Shown piece by piece: positions 16,001 to 29,600 of a stretch of DNA of 64,000 bases. Position 1 is the stretch's first letter; every line of letters begins with the position of its first letter. The notes beneath the pieces were generated by a model. It ran no database searches and had not been told where the DNA came from. It worked only from the letters and a program-made list of their open reading frames with translations. The stretch is from assembly GCF_000150275.1 (NCBI RefSeq), contig NW_002060944.1, positions 3,448,152-3,512,151 on the forward strand, written 5' to 3'. Position numbers and translations under genes: made by a program. The DNA comes from Trichoplax adhaerens. Its lineage: Eukaryota > Animalia > Placozoa.

Positions 16001-19000
16001 TTATAGCCGTCAAAAGGAAATGGTAGAGCAGTACCTCGTCAAGCTTGGCATCAACCTGATGATAATTTTAAAGTATCACCAGCTAGTCCTAACAGAGCTA
16101 ATGAACATGGCCCTCCTGCTAAACAGAGAGGTAGAACTGATATGATTGCTGATGATTGGTCTAACCCAGACGAGGAACAACAAAGGGACAAAGCAATGGG
16201 TCGTACCAAATTTGAAATATCTAGAGAATCGATAGAGCAAGCGAGACGTAGGCGTGAAGAAGAAGAAAAAAGGTTGAAAGAAGATCAGGCTAAAGCTGCT
16301 CAGGCAAAGTTAAAGGAACTTGAAAAAAAATGCCAGATTAAAAGTAACGATGGTGCCACTAGGTTAACTGATTCAATGCATTTAACTGACGCAATAACAG
16401 AAAATTCTAGTGGTAGGCATGCGCATTCAGATTTTTCTTCTCAAAAATTTGACAATAAGCAACAAGGCTATAGAAGGAATGAAAATAAATTTCATCATGC
16501 GCCTCATGATGCTGCCAGTAGCTCGCGTAAAGAAGAAGTTCCACCATTTCAGTTGTTGCGTAGAAATACATCTGATAATTACGACCACAACAAGGATGCA
16601 GTAGCCGATAGAGATGAATCACAATCGATTGGTGAGGTTAAAAACGCTGCTAGTTTGGATAATATTAATAACGATGGGGTTATTTTAGCAAAGAATGACA
16701 GTACTGCCAATACTAAAAAAGTCACTTCAACCGATGCCACATTGCTAGATTCCAGTCAAGCATTAACTAAGGCAGACGAAAATCTTGCAAAATCTAATGA
16801 TGTAAAACAAGATAATATGAAAAACACAGCTAATACCGGAATGTCAAGAAATGTCGGTATCACACAACACCAAAAGAGACCAGAAAAACAGCCTGCTTAT
16901 TATTATGACGAGTATGATAGTTATCAAAATTATGGGGGCGAAAATAATTACCACAGTAACAGTATAGGACGATCTAACCAAAAATATCGAGGTAGAGGTG
17001 GTAAACGAGGATATCCTGCTCGTCAACAATATGATAATCGTCCATACCCCAACAATCGTAGAGGTAAAGAATATCCGTACGATCAAAGTGGAAAGAGACA
17101 ACCGAAAAGGATAATGGAAAGGGGTCAAAGAAATTTCAAACCTACTGAAAAGCACGAAAAAAGATATGATAATGCTACTGTTGAACCAGTGAGAAAAGGT
17201 GAAGTACAATCAGTTAAAGCAATACAGAATAATGCAAGAACAAGTAGTTCGTTTTCCTCTCGTGGATCATCAATTGATGAACGATTAACAGAATCTGCAA
17301 TGGTAGAATCTGACAGCAATCAAGTGGAACTTGCTTCCAGTAATGAAAATAATCCAAATTTAGTAACAAGTATACCTGATTTGGGTAATCAATCCGTGAA
17401 TCAACAAATAAATGAAATTTTTAATCAAGAATTAAATAATGATAATATATATGTTGAAAAGGGTCATTTACTTGCAGAGATTGAAAATAGAGATAGTTGC
17501 TTAGGAATTGAAAAGATGACATTATCGGATCATGAAAGTAGAGAAAGAGTTGGAAAGAGTCTAGTTAATGATGAAGATAAGAGTGATGTGACAGAGAAAT
17601 CAACAACGATAGATAACAAAGAATCAGGTACTAGGATCGAAAGCGTTGAAAGCGATCATGAAATCTTGGCTGCCAAAGATAGTAATAATAGTGGTAGAGA
17701 AAATCTGCGTGATTCCAGTAAATTAGAAAGTGCACCAGCAGATGATAGGGAGCAAATTTTAACAAAAGATGGTAATACGGAAAAACTGTTAAAAGCTGGT
17801 TATACTGGCGCTCAAATGCGGAGAAAAGATAGCAATAATTACTCCACTGAAGAAGCTATACATAATAAATCTAATCGTTTCTTAAAATATAAGGACAATA
17901 CCGACATGAAAGGGAGAGTTAATAAACGAAATTATAACAAAGATTATGAATATGATAATCGTGGTGCGTATAGAAATGATAGACGTAAGCCATATGATAA
18001 AGGAGTATCATATCCAAGTACACAAAGACAATACGAACAAGCAAAAAGCTCTCATCGAGATATCAGTATTACAGTGCCGACTGAGAAAGATGCGCAAAGA
18101 GTAGTTATAGTCGAAGACGAAAAACAGCATAGTAAGTCTTATGAACCATCAGCTAGATCTGATAACACTAAAAGGAGACAGGAAAAGCATCTTCCACCAA
18201 GTAACCGTAGAAATTACGAAGATGATGATCAACATCATTGGCCCCAGGATCGGTCAAGATTTGATAAACGTAATATCCACTCAAATAATAGACACAATGA
18301 AGGAAAGAGATATAATGATTCATATTATCGTCCTAATAAGAATTTTTCTAGTAAACCTCAAACTTCAAAATTTGATCGACCTGGCAACAAAAATCAAAAC
18401 CGAAATTACAATGACTATGGTAGTCGTTCTGAACCGCAACCATATAAACATATGCATAAGAAGGTAGAAGAAACTAAAACATCGAAACGTGATCAATCTT
18501 ATCATGACGATATTGCACAAAATTACGAAGGACGGAAAGCTGATGCTGACGGTAATGGTAATAATAAAGGAGATGACGATAACCGCCTAAGTGGGTCATC
18601 GCAGCCGAAAGGTAACGTTAGCGGATATCCACGAAGTGATACAACTCAAACAGTTGGTGACAACAAAGGGAAAAGTAAACCACCTACAAAAGATCCTCTT
18701 GACAAAAGTAATAAAGGATTCACAGAAGTTAGCTACAATAAAAGAAAAGGTAATGATCGTCAACGAAATGACAATGAACGTTCTAGCCATAAAACAAATT
18801 ATAATAATGTCCCTACTAGCTCCGTAACTAGCACTGGGCAACAGCGAGAGCAATTAGAAAAATCTTCACATAATCAAAAACTACAGGAGAATGCAGCAGC
18901 TTCAAAACCACTAGATAAAAATTTAGTGGATAAAGGAAATGTTCCTGATGGTAAAGAGCGAGCGACTGGTGCTGGTAACAATGACCAAGTTGAGCGTGCT

Positions 19001-21893
19001 TGGGATATACCTCTAAAAACGAGTAAATTGGCCGCGTCAGCACCTACTCATCAAACCAACAGGCCAAATTTAATGCAATCACAGCTGGATGAAAAAATTA
19101 ATGTAAAGAAATCTACCGATATAGAGGAGATTCATCGAAAGAATTCGCATACTATTAAAGATACATCACAGGGAAAATCTTCAAATACGGGAAATAGGCC
19201 TGATAAACCTATGGCACAAACTGATGAAAAAGCAAATCGAAAGCCTACCGGAAAATCTCCTCCAATTGGAATGGAAAGAATAGATGATGCTAAAGCTGAT
19301 AAATCATCAACTAGAAGTAATTCAGAATGGGAACGAAGGAAAACTACTGATAAAGCTGAATTTTTGGGACAAAGAGATATAGAAGATCAAAATATTAAAT
19401 ACAAATCAGAAAGACAACAATATAGAATTGATGAGAAAGCAGATAAGAAAAAAGTAGCGGAAAGAAATGAATACTTCGGTCATTATGCTCAATCTAATAA
19501 AGACCTCGATGATAGAGGTCATAAACATGTTAAAAAATCCAATACGAAACCGGAAATTGAATTTTACCAACCAAAACATCGCAGAGATAATACCTCACGA
19601 AATGATTTTAAGAATCCTAATTATAGGAATAAGAATGATAAAAATAATCAAACAGATACGAGGAAACCTGGCAAGGCGGAAGACAGCCAGTACCATGAAC
19701 AGCGAAAAAAGGTAAATGTGACTACTAAAGTTTTAAAACTAACTTTATTTTAGAAGCGACGCCATTTTAATTCATATTCTGATTTCTGATAGATTAATAA
19801 TGATAGTTTGGGCTCCCATTCATCGCCAAAATCAACTGGATCTACTGCCCACCAATTAGTTGACAGCGATAAAGTCGTTTCACCACCAAAGAAACGGACT
19901 AATGAAGTACCCAAATCAGCACCGCTAACTTCAAAGTCTAGTTCCGACACACCCGACCAGGTAGAAATTTTTTATCTTCTCGGTTTACTTGATATCTTAA
20001 AACTATGACTATTTCAGCTGAATACAGTTGACATTATAATGTTTCTGTCGTCCATGTTATTAATGCATGTCGTAGTTGATAATTTGTACTGTTTATTTAA
20101 TAATTTCAAAGAACCTTTTAGCTACAAACGTTACAATCAGTGTTAGATCTGTAATTAATAAAATATCTTGATTTTGTTTTAAAATACAGGATATTATAAC
20201 AAATCGATCTAGCATGATATCAGGCTCGGGGAATCAGGAACGATTTCAAGTAGAGGATGAAACTGTAGTAAGATCATCTCATCCTGTTGTTGAAAAGGAA
20301 ACACCTAACGCATCGGACAGCGGACGTAATGATACCTCGGTGAATAAGCATCAAGCATCTTCAAACTCTGTAAAACAGAGTGAAATTATGCCATCGATTG
20401 AATCTGTTGTGTTTAACAAGGAAACTACTACTGGTGGTGATTCAATGAATCTTGCTGGGAAACAGTGGTCAACTAGTACTAACATTAACAACAATAAATC
20501 AAATAAAAGTAGAATCGATTCAAGCGAAGTACCGGCATTGGAACCAAAAAGAGATGCACCTGACGTTGGGATACCTGATGCTATGGCAGGGCATGTCCCG
20601 GTATCTCAAGCTTATAAAGCCCAAAATAATCCGGTTGATTATCATCAAAATGGAAATCAACAGTATTACGTTCATAACAAACCGAAATTACCAAATGCAT
20701 CACCTACTGGTACTCTAGGATCTCCAAAACAGTTATTTCAAGGGCAACAATATACTGTTAACCAACACCAACATGATCAAATGATGCGTCATTCAGTAAA
20801 TAGATTAAGCCATCATTCTCACAGTCCTCACTTATATCAATCTGCAAGCCAAAGTCAACAACGGGTTGATGCAGTCGGAAATCATGGTATGGTGAATCAT
20901 TCACTATCTATGTCAGTTAATGCTACAACGCCTAATTTACCTATATCGAATCCAAATTATAACAGTCAAGCGTATGGTACGAAGAAAGCAGACTATCAAA
21001 CAATTCAGTCGATGGATCCTGTGCACCATTCATTATTATCCGCAGCTGGTATGCCTCCTCAGCAATCACAATCGCCTGGATTGCATTCTCAACCAGCATC
21101 TTTACAGTGGTCAGTTGAACAAGCGAATAATCCAGTCCAATCGACAGTTGGTTTAAGAGGGCCAACGGTACATGATGGTATTAACCAAATACAAACAGTA
21201 TCATATATCGATAAACAACATAAACCTCATGGAGGTTCGTACGAAACAGAAGTATCGCCAATGTTTAGTAATTCCGTGGATGGTATAGGTAATTCAAATT
21301 TAACTGGAACAAATCCTCGAGTCCCTAGTCCAGGTGTCAATACTGCTGTTGGTGTGAATCTTCAAAACTCTTCTTATCGAGATTACACTGGACAAAATTT
21401 TGCAGCCTATCAAGCGTCACAACAATTGACAACTAATAGAAATTTTAATATGCAACCTAGCGTAAGTGGATTTCAATCATATGTTATGCCAATGAGTACA
21501 GTAGTAGGAAATAGCAATCAGGCTGTTGTTGTAAATCCGCAACAGGGTAATATGAGTATAGCTACAGGTACTGCTAGGCCTATTGGACCGCTTCACTCGA
21601 CCACTATTCAATCGGTTCAGTTTCGACCGGCATCTATTGGTGGCGGAGTAGTAGGACAAACTACACGAATGGCTCCAGATGTTCAAAGTCTGGACCAGCT
21701 TGTTGTAGGGCCAAATGTACGTGGAATTATGACTAATTATAGTATGAATAATCAGCAAGGACAGCTGCAAGTTCGACCAACAAAGAATCTAAACAATCGC
21801 AATGCTAAATCACCTTATGAGCGACAAAATGGCAGCAATAACATGCATAGACTAAAGCAACGAGGGGACGTTTATAGGCATCGCAAAGGATAA
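10041..21893 (+). CDS. PRRC2: PRRC2/BAT2 (Nocte)-family large disordered translation/stress-granule protein, ~2,200 aa, 9 coding exons
   Basis: Phase-consistent exons 10041-10155, 14269-14607, 14994-15107, 15213-15298, 15407-15474, 15588-15909, 16007-19711, 19793-19960, 20190-21893. Family motifs present: BAT2_[60 protein letters not shown], the coiled coil [30 protein letters not shown], an RG-rich segment and a Q/N-rich C-terminus. Exon 1 is less certain than the rest. Confidence 0.9.
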
Positions 21894-23084
21894 TATCAAT
21901 ATATATAAATTAACGCTTCATGCGCATACGTACTTACAAACTGTTATGTAAATGCGATAGTTTGATGAATGCAATTTTGCAAAAATATCCAAACTACAAG
22001 TGTATTAATTTTATGCCACTGAATTAAAATTTGTCTGCTATAACAAGATTTCTAGGGCGTTTATGATGTGGAAAGTTGGCATGCATATTGTGTATTATTT
22101 AGATAAGATTTCTTATACATTAATATTACGCTATCCACTAACTGCTACTTAAGCAATTGGTTTTGTTGCGATGGTTAATTATAACAAATGGTTGACCATC
22201 TTTACTTATGTACAGTAAATTATTGATTTGCGTATTTGTAGTCTAAATTGATATGTTCATCGCTGCTGTACTATTATTATTATTGTTATTATTATTATTC
22301 CTATTCTTATTACTCTCTATATTATCGTCATTATCAATGGTAACAATAGCAAGTTGTTTCTGTATTATTGATGTTTTCACCATTGCTGTTACTCTTTCTT
22401 TCGACATTCTACACTCTTGAATGGTTTAATCTTCTAATCTCGTTTTTTCGAATTATATCGATGCGATTAAAAGTATGTGAAATATATCTAAAGTGTACAT
22501 TAATTAGTCTCTACCAAACACACACTCTCACACACACACAAAAAAAAATGGGTTTATGAATTGACTGTGTTAGCAATTAGACATGGTGCATGCGTTGTCA
22601 TAATATAATACTAATCAGTTTACTGTATTGCAATGCGATTGTTTATTTTATCCAATTTTAAAGTTTAGGCGATACTATTTCGAGTCTAAAGGTCATATGC
22701 TGCTTAGACGCGCTGTATCTTGTTTATTGTATTTTAAAACTACTTATATATGTGTAGGCATCTATTTGTATACCTATTTACGCGTATAAGTACATATCTC
22801 TATGCCTGGTACTATTAATAAAAAAATTAATTAATTTACGCAATGCAAGTCTATCGATAGTGAAGCTGACTAAACGAATTGATATTGTATGATATTGCCT
22901 ATGTCAGAGACTACAGTGAAGAAAATGAGTGAAGGACAGGAAAGGACTTTTCATTGATGAAAATGTGAGGGCCGACTTCCTTTACTGGTCATTTTAACTG
23001 TACAGTAGATCTGTAGCTGTGCATTGTGCCTCTTACTAGTGGCTCCCATAGTACCTTTGCAGTTATCACGTATAGTAAACTTGA

Positions 23085-23590
23085 TGTTTAATTGATTTAC
23101 GCGTAGTATGTAATCACAAAGTACGCTCGAGTATTCTTTAGAACAAGATTGAGTTAGAACTATGCTAATGCATTTTCTTCTCCTCCCGCACTCCATACTC
23201 ATGTCTACCTTCATCGTAGAGTTTGGGTGTTCTACCTAACTTTTGGCCTATATGTAATTATTATTCTAGCCTAATTATGCTAATTTTATTAATTTAAGGT
23301 CGAGTTGATTTACGTGCAGTATGTAATCACATAGTACGCTCGGGTATAGCACAAAATTGAGTGAGAACTGTGCTAATACTTTTACTTCTGTAGTCCATGC
23401 CTATGTCTGCCGTCATCGTAGACTTTAAGCATTCTGCCTAGCTATTGGCTTATATACGCGTATAAAATTATTTTAGTCTAATTATGCTAATTTTATTAAT
23501 TCGATGTCGAGCAGATTTACGTGTAGTAGGTAATCACATAGTACGCTTGGGTCTTAAAGTACAAGATTGAGTTAGAACTGTGCTAATACT
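23085..23590. repeat. Degenerate tandem array, ~2.4 copies, 207-213 bp period, directly upstream of the COLGALT ATG
   Basis: GATTTACG.G.AGTA.GTAATCACA.AGTACGCT..G...A.ATTGAGT.AGAACT.TGCTAAT recurs at ~23093, 23306 and 23513. Confidence 0.9.
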
Positions 23591-23657
23591 AATGAATCAT
23601 TAAATTAAAATTATTCATCAAATTATCCATAAAAAGTAGCACTTGCGATTGAATACA

Positions 23658-26600
23658 ATGGCTCGTGTTTATATTCAAATGATTCTTGCTATCAATATTT
23701 TATTGATAACCATGACATTAGCCGATACGACTGCCTTGGAGTATAATCGTTTGCCCGCTGTAGTTATTGCCGTTCTAGCCCGTGATGCTTCTGATTTTCT
23801 ACCCACCTCATTGGCATGCCTAGCTAATTTAAATTACGATAAAAAAAGGATTGCTTTCTGGTAACTGGTAATTGTATCAATATTTGTTAATATTACATGC
23901 AATTAACTCACATCAATGTAAACGTTCTGAATTTCTGCTTTAAATTTATTAGATTCTATTTTTATAGAAATTAAATTGCAAAAGAATGAGGATAGAGTTC
24001 AGCTTCCATGAATGCTATCTACTTACAAGACTGTATTTTACACGATATTTACTTATCATTATTACTATCTTATTTTAAGGTTTAAATCTACGTCATATTT
24101 TTTTATCACCTGCTTATGATTTACAACCCAACTTGTTGGCATACCTTGCTAAATTGAATTGCAATAGAAAGAGGACGGCGTTCAACTCTCATCAATGACA
24201 TATTACATAAGAAAGTTTCATGTTACAGGATATCCTTTCGCATATTTGTTATTACTACTTCATCCATGTGACTTGAAGCCACCCATGATTTATATTTTTA
24301 TCACCTACCCCTGGTCTTCTGTCCAACTTATTGCTAAATTAAATTGCAATGGAAAGACGATGACGTTCAACTTCTTTTAAATAGGATATTACTTAGAAAT
24401 ATCGCAAATGAGCATATCGTAAAATTATAGGCATTTAGCTAATTTATGATTGCTGCTTTGTCTATGAGGATATCATTTCAATACCTGCACGATATTTTCT
24501 ATCCAGCTCGCTACTATTCCTTGCTAAATTGGGCTATAGTAATAAGGATACCACGCTAGCAATCGATAATACAACCATTACTTAACATTATAGGCTACCA
24601 TTTCGTAGCTATTGTTGCTGCTCTATCATATGATTTAAATGTGTAGCATTCTATTATCCGCAAGCGATAGTTATGCTCTAGACCAAATCATTTTTATCTT
24701 ATCAAGCCATTTTGATCTTTTGACAGCCATAACTCTTCTTTGATAGCAAATCTGTTCGATTCTCTTCTAGGTGTTCATATAACCACTAGTTCATAGAGTG
24801 ATTTTAAATCTAAAAGCACCCTATTAGGTGCATTTTATCACCTTTAGGCAATGATTCATTTCTGGAACAGTCGAATTTTATTTTATTAACTCATTTCGAT
24901 CAATTGACAGTCGTGAGCATATTTCTTTGATATCGGTAGCTGGTCTCTTTCATTCCCTTCTAAATTATTCATAAATGCATAGCTAGCTTAATTAGTAATT
25001 TTTTATTATAGGTGCTGTATATCTAATCACTTTCAAAGTGTAAACATTTTTCTAGCTGAGTTCACTTTTTTCCAACGTTCGTCAATGTGTAGCTAGCTTA
25101 ATTAACAGTAAAAACTTAAAAGCATCGATACCACATATCATACGATGTATTTTTAACACCTTCAACGTATGATTATTTCCCAATTGAGCTCATTTCTATC
25201 CATTAAAAGCAGCAATAATTTTTTGATAGGTAACTTGGTTTGATTCTCCTCTAGTGTAAACCATGTATGAACATAGCTAGCTCATTCAGTAATTTTAAAG
25301 CTCATCAATCGATGTATTTTACTACCTTGTAATAGCAATTATTCTCTACATGAGCTGATTTTTATTTACTGTTAATCCAACTCATTTCTGATCTATTAAC
25401 GGTAATGATACGCCTTTGATAGCTAATCTGCTCAATTTCCTTCCAAGCTGTTCAGAACATATTCGATAATGTAAAAAAAGCAACAATACATCACTCCTAC
25501 GATGCACTATTTAATCAATATTTCTCAATTTTAATCGCTGTCCCTAGAGTACACTTTTCTATTTCAGAATCGTAGCATTATAATATGAATTCATTAAAAC
25601 AGCGATTGAACCTGCTGCAGATTTACTTTTAACCCAATACAATTTAATTTATAGTCCAGAATGGTAACGAATATTTATTATAGGATAGATGCTACAATCG
25701 ATATTTAATATCATTCTGGATAACGTATAAAGCCAGCTTATACCTTGTCATTTCTTCAATTTTATTTCTAATATAGATTAATAAAATACTAAATCTATTC
25801 CTTAAAATGAATATTATCTAGGATAGCAACTGATAACAACCAAGATCAAACCGAAGAAATGCTGGTGGAATGGAAAAGTCAAGTCGAATCAGATTATCAT
25901 CGAGTTGAAATTATGACCAGCAATAACTATTCATTGCAGACTGATCTTTCTCTGCAATGGACACCATCAAGATATAGACATTTACTTCAACTTAGGCAAC
26001 TAGCATTAGCCGCAGCATTAAAATATTGGGCTGATTACGTATTAGTAAGTCTAAATTTAGCCAAGTCAAGTGTTTTCCCGTTAAATTTATCTTTCAACAA
26101 AATTACTTTAGCGTCGTGTCGCATGGAAATAATCAACTAACTTAATGTAAAAGAATTTATTTAATATTGGTGAGAATCAACGCTTGCATGTTTAATAAAC
26201 TTATTTTAACGATTAGATAATTATAATTCATCGACTTTTCCGTAGGCATCAGTCGAGATTACTGTACAGAATCTATAATGATAATTCATAAGCTCATTTA
26301 TACGCACGTAAGGCCTCGTTATCTTTTCTTAGTATCCTACACACTAGCCGATTTCATATTTACTCAAACTACTGTATATCGCCTATACCGATAATGGCTG
26401 TTTCTATTTATAATCGAGAAGAGAATAACATATACTCGTAGATATCTGACCAGTAACTATAGAGTGAATTGGCTCATATTTAGATCGTGGAATGGCTAGA
26501 AATATTGTCGATTTTTACTATTTTGGCTGATGTATTGATAATTATATATTATACGTTTATGTTATACAATACTAGTACAAACTCACGTCGCTTTGCCGAC

Positions 26601-29600
26601 GGTTTACAATAATGTACCCATTTGTTAATAATTAACAGATAGTATTACCATTCGACATTATATATATCCCGGTAATAGCCAGGCACTACTATATTCATAG
26701 CTATGCTTGTAGAATACTACTTTTCAATAATGCATTCACGGATGAAATGCTATGAAATGCTATATTAAGATTAGTTGATGGTCCATAGCACATTTTGACA
26801 ACTAATGTGCGGTGATGGATATACCAAGTTAAGATTAGCAGGTACTGTAAGATATCTACAGTGCAGTACAATGCTCTTAGTACTGTGGTCAATTCTATAC
26901 CAACCATTATAATGTGTCTAAGGATCGCTTGGGTGCAAGCGCTTGCTCTGTCGATAACAACCGTTATAAGTCATCTAACAGTAGTATAAATACCCCAGCG
27001 CTGCTCGTTTAAAGGGTGGAATTGGGTGGGATTATACAATATTGGATATACCGAAATAAAGGAGTTTAGAAAATGATATTTAGCCATATTCGTAGTAATT
27101 AATTTTCACTAGTTTAGGCAATTTCAAATTTTAATAACGCCGATACTACAAGCAAGCTCGAGCAATTTTCATCGTAAAATTGCTACAAATATGCAGCATA
27201 TTTCAGCTAGGGTATTTATAAATATCAGTACAAGGGAAATCGCTTATAGAAAGTAGTTAATCCTGTCCTCACGAAAATATCCAATTAATATTATTTGTCA
27301 AATTTTATTTCTAAATTCATATATGCTTATTTTAGTTTGTAGATGCGGACAATTTTCTAACTGAACCAGACACCCTGATTGAATTAATTAAATCTAATAG
27401 GTATAATAACAGATCAATTCTTTATATACCATATATAACTACTGTTAATTACGGGTATGGATGTATAACATCCTAGATTTGTTGTATAGAATATTTGTTA
27501 ATTAAGACACTAATTACATCTTTATATATTGTAATGTCAAGGTAAAATAATTCATTCTTTACAATGCTTCAATAACTCAATCATGACTTCTATCTTGATT
27601 CAATAAATTAAATTTAATGAAGATAACAACGAATTGTTTTTTATTTGTTAATTATTAATTACCGATATAAATACATAGCATCACTAATTATGATATATAA
27701 TGTTAATTATAATATTATATGTATTTTATATTTACTTATAATTATAAGTCATTAATACGAATGTACTATAATTTTTTCTTTATAATGTTTTGAAAACTCG
27801 ATCTTGATTTCATTAGTAATTAGTTAGTTGAAAATTTTTCAAACCTCTACCGATAGTTTCGGAATAAAACGGCTATAACTTTATCAAGTTAAGCTGTAAC
27901 AGGATAGAACTTATAAACAGTGCCTAACATGTTAGAAACCTGAAAAAGGTCGTTAGAGTATGTTCCGATAGCTATAATTGGGGATATACAGATACAATAG
28001 CTATTAATTAAACGAGAAGCTTGTATACCAACGCTAGATGATTTATTCATTTTCTGGATTTATTATCGATTAGTAGAATGCTAACCTTAGTTTAGCATCA
28101 TTTGTAGTAAGCAAAACGATGGAAAGCGACTAACTCTGCTTTATTCTCACTTAGAACGATGGTTGCTCCATTGTTAATTGAATCTAGACATTCCTATTAC
28201 TCTAATTTTTGGTGTGGCGTAGATGAGCAGGTAGTTCAAAAATTTTTCAAGAAGCCTTATATTTATATTTGCTTCTTCCTTATATAACTCTCGATTGACC
28301 TTTTAACTGTAGGTATTTTATTGCTCCCATCACCTTACTGCATTAGCTATGATAAATCTTATTCTCATATCGTATGTATTTCGGTTCACTGCGAGGAGAA
28401 ACGCACAGAATCTTCCGCATATGATTTTATTTTAACAACTACTCTATTAACATTATCGTACGTAGAACCCTAACCCTAACCCTAACACCGCCAAGGGAAA
28501 GACTAGCTATCCTATTATGTTATATCGTTATATCCTGCAGTATACGCAAAATTACAGATGGCAATTTAATTTACTCTCTTCGATGTCGCGCATAAATTCC
28601 AATAGTAACCCTAGAAGTTATCATTGATCGCACTTTCTTTTGATTCTAAAACTAGCATATAATTTATATTTTAATTAATCAAGTTTTACCTCCACCCTTA
28701 TATTAACTAGATGTTTGTTTCCAATACCGTATACGGCGTGTAAGTTTAGCCACTAGTTGCCTTTTGGTGCGTCGTAGTAAATCTCACTTTCATTATGCTT
28801 ATCGGTCTTTTAAGGGCTACTATCGCCGGACAGAAGATTATTTACCCACGCTTAAGCGCGAAAGAAAAGGAGTTTTACAAGTAGCCATGATCCACTCAAC
28901 ATTTCTGATAGATTTAAATCGAAAATCCGTCGAGAAGTTTTCATTTTATCCTCCTCATTCAAGCTATCAGGGACACATAGATGATTTATTAATCTTTTCC
29001 TATAGTGCTAAAATGGCAGGTAATTAACTTTAATTTAAACAATTTTTAAATAATTGAGTAAATTAAATACTACAACTTTCAAAATAATATTAAAAGCTTT
29101 TATAGTAAACTAGTATAGACTTGTACAGATAACATTTCGGTTCGAAATAAATACCGTCAGTAGTCTGAATTTCAGAGAATTATCTTGGCTATTCTCAACG
29201 TCAGAAATGTTAATAAGTACCTGATGGAATTCTAGTGAGATTTTGACCTAGTACGAGTACTTAAATTGCGGCAAAAATTTTAGATATACTATATCTGTCC
29301 TTCACTTTGCTTCAAGGACAGAAGATGAAAATGTAAATACAACTATTGATTAAAAATTTTCCTTTTCTTAATAGGAATACCCTTCCACTTATTAAATAAT
29401 AAAATTTATGGTTATTTGTTCTCTTCGCCACAAGTGCAGGAACTAATTACAAGGAGAGAATCTTTTCTGAATTATAAATTAAATCAACTACGTTAGTCCT
29501 GTGAAATTCTGATAACTAAATTTCACAACCAAGATATTTCAAAACCATAGTTAATTTTGGATATTGCTGAATTCGACATTTATTTCTCTTGGATATCTAT

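Noticed and set aside
16407-21770. Many short alternative-frame and antisense ORFs inside PRRC2 exons
   Set aside because: They are shadows of the long real coding frame.
22270-22540. (TAT)n and (CA)n tracts and ORF 22368-22559
   Set aside because: These are ordinary simple repeats in the probable PRRC2 3'UTR, and the ORF is low-complexity.
24229-24240. ATATCCTTT as a second U12 5' splice site
   Set aside because: It lies deep in COLGALT intron 1 with no adjacent exon or matching branch site.
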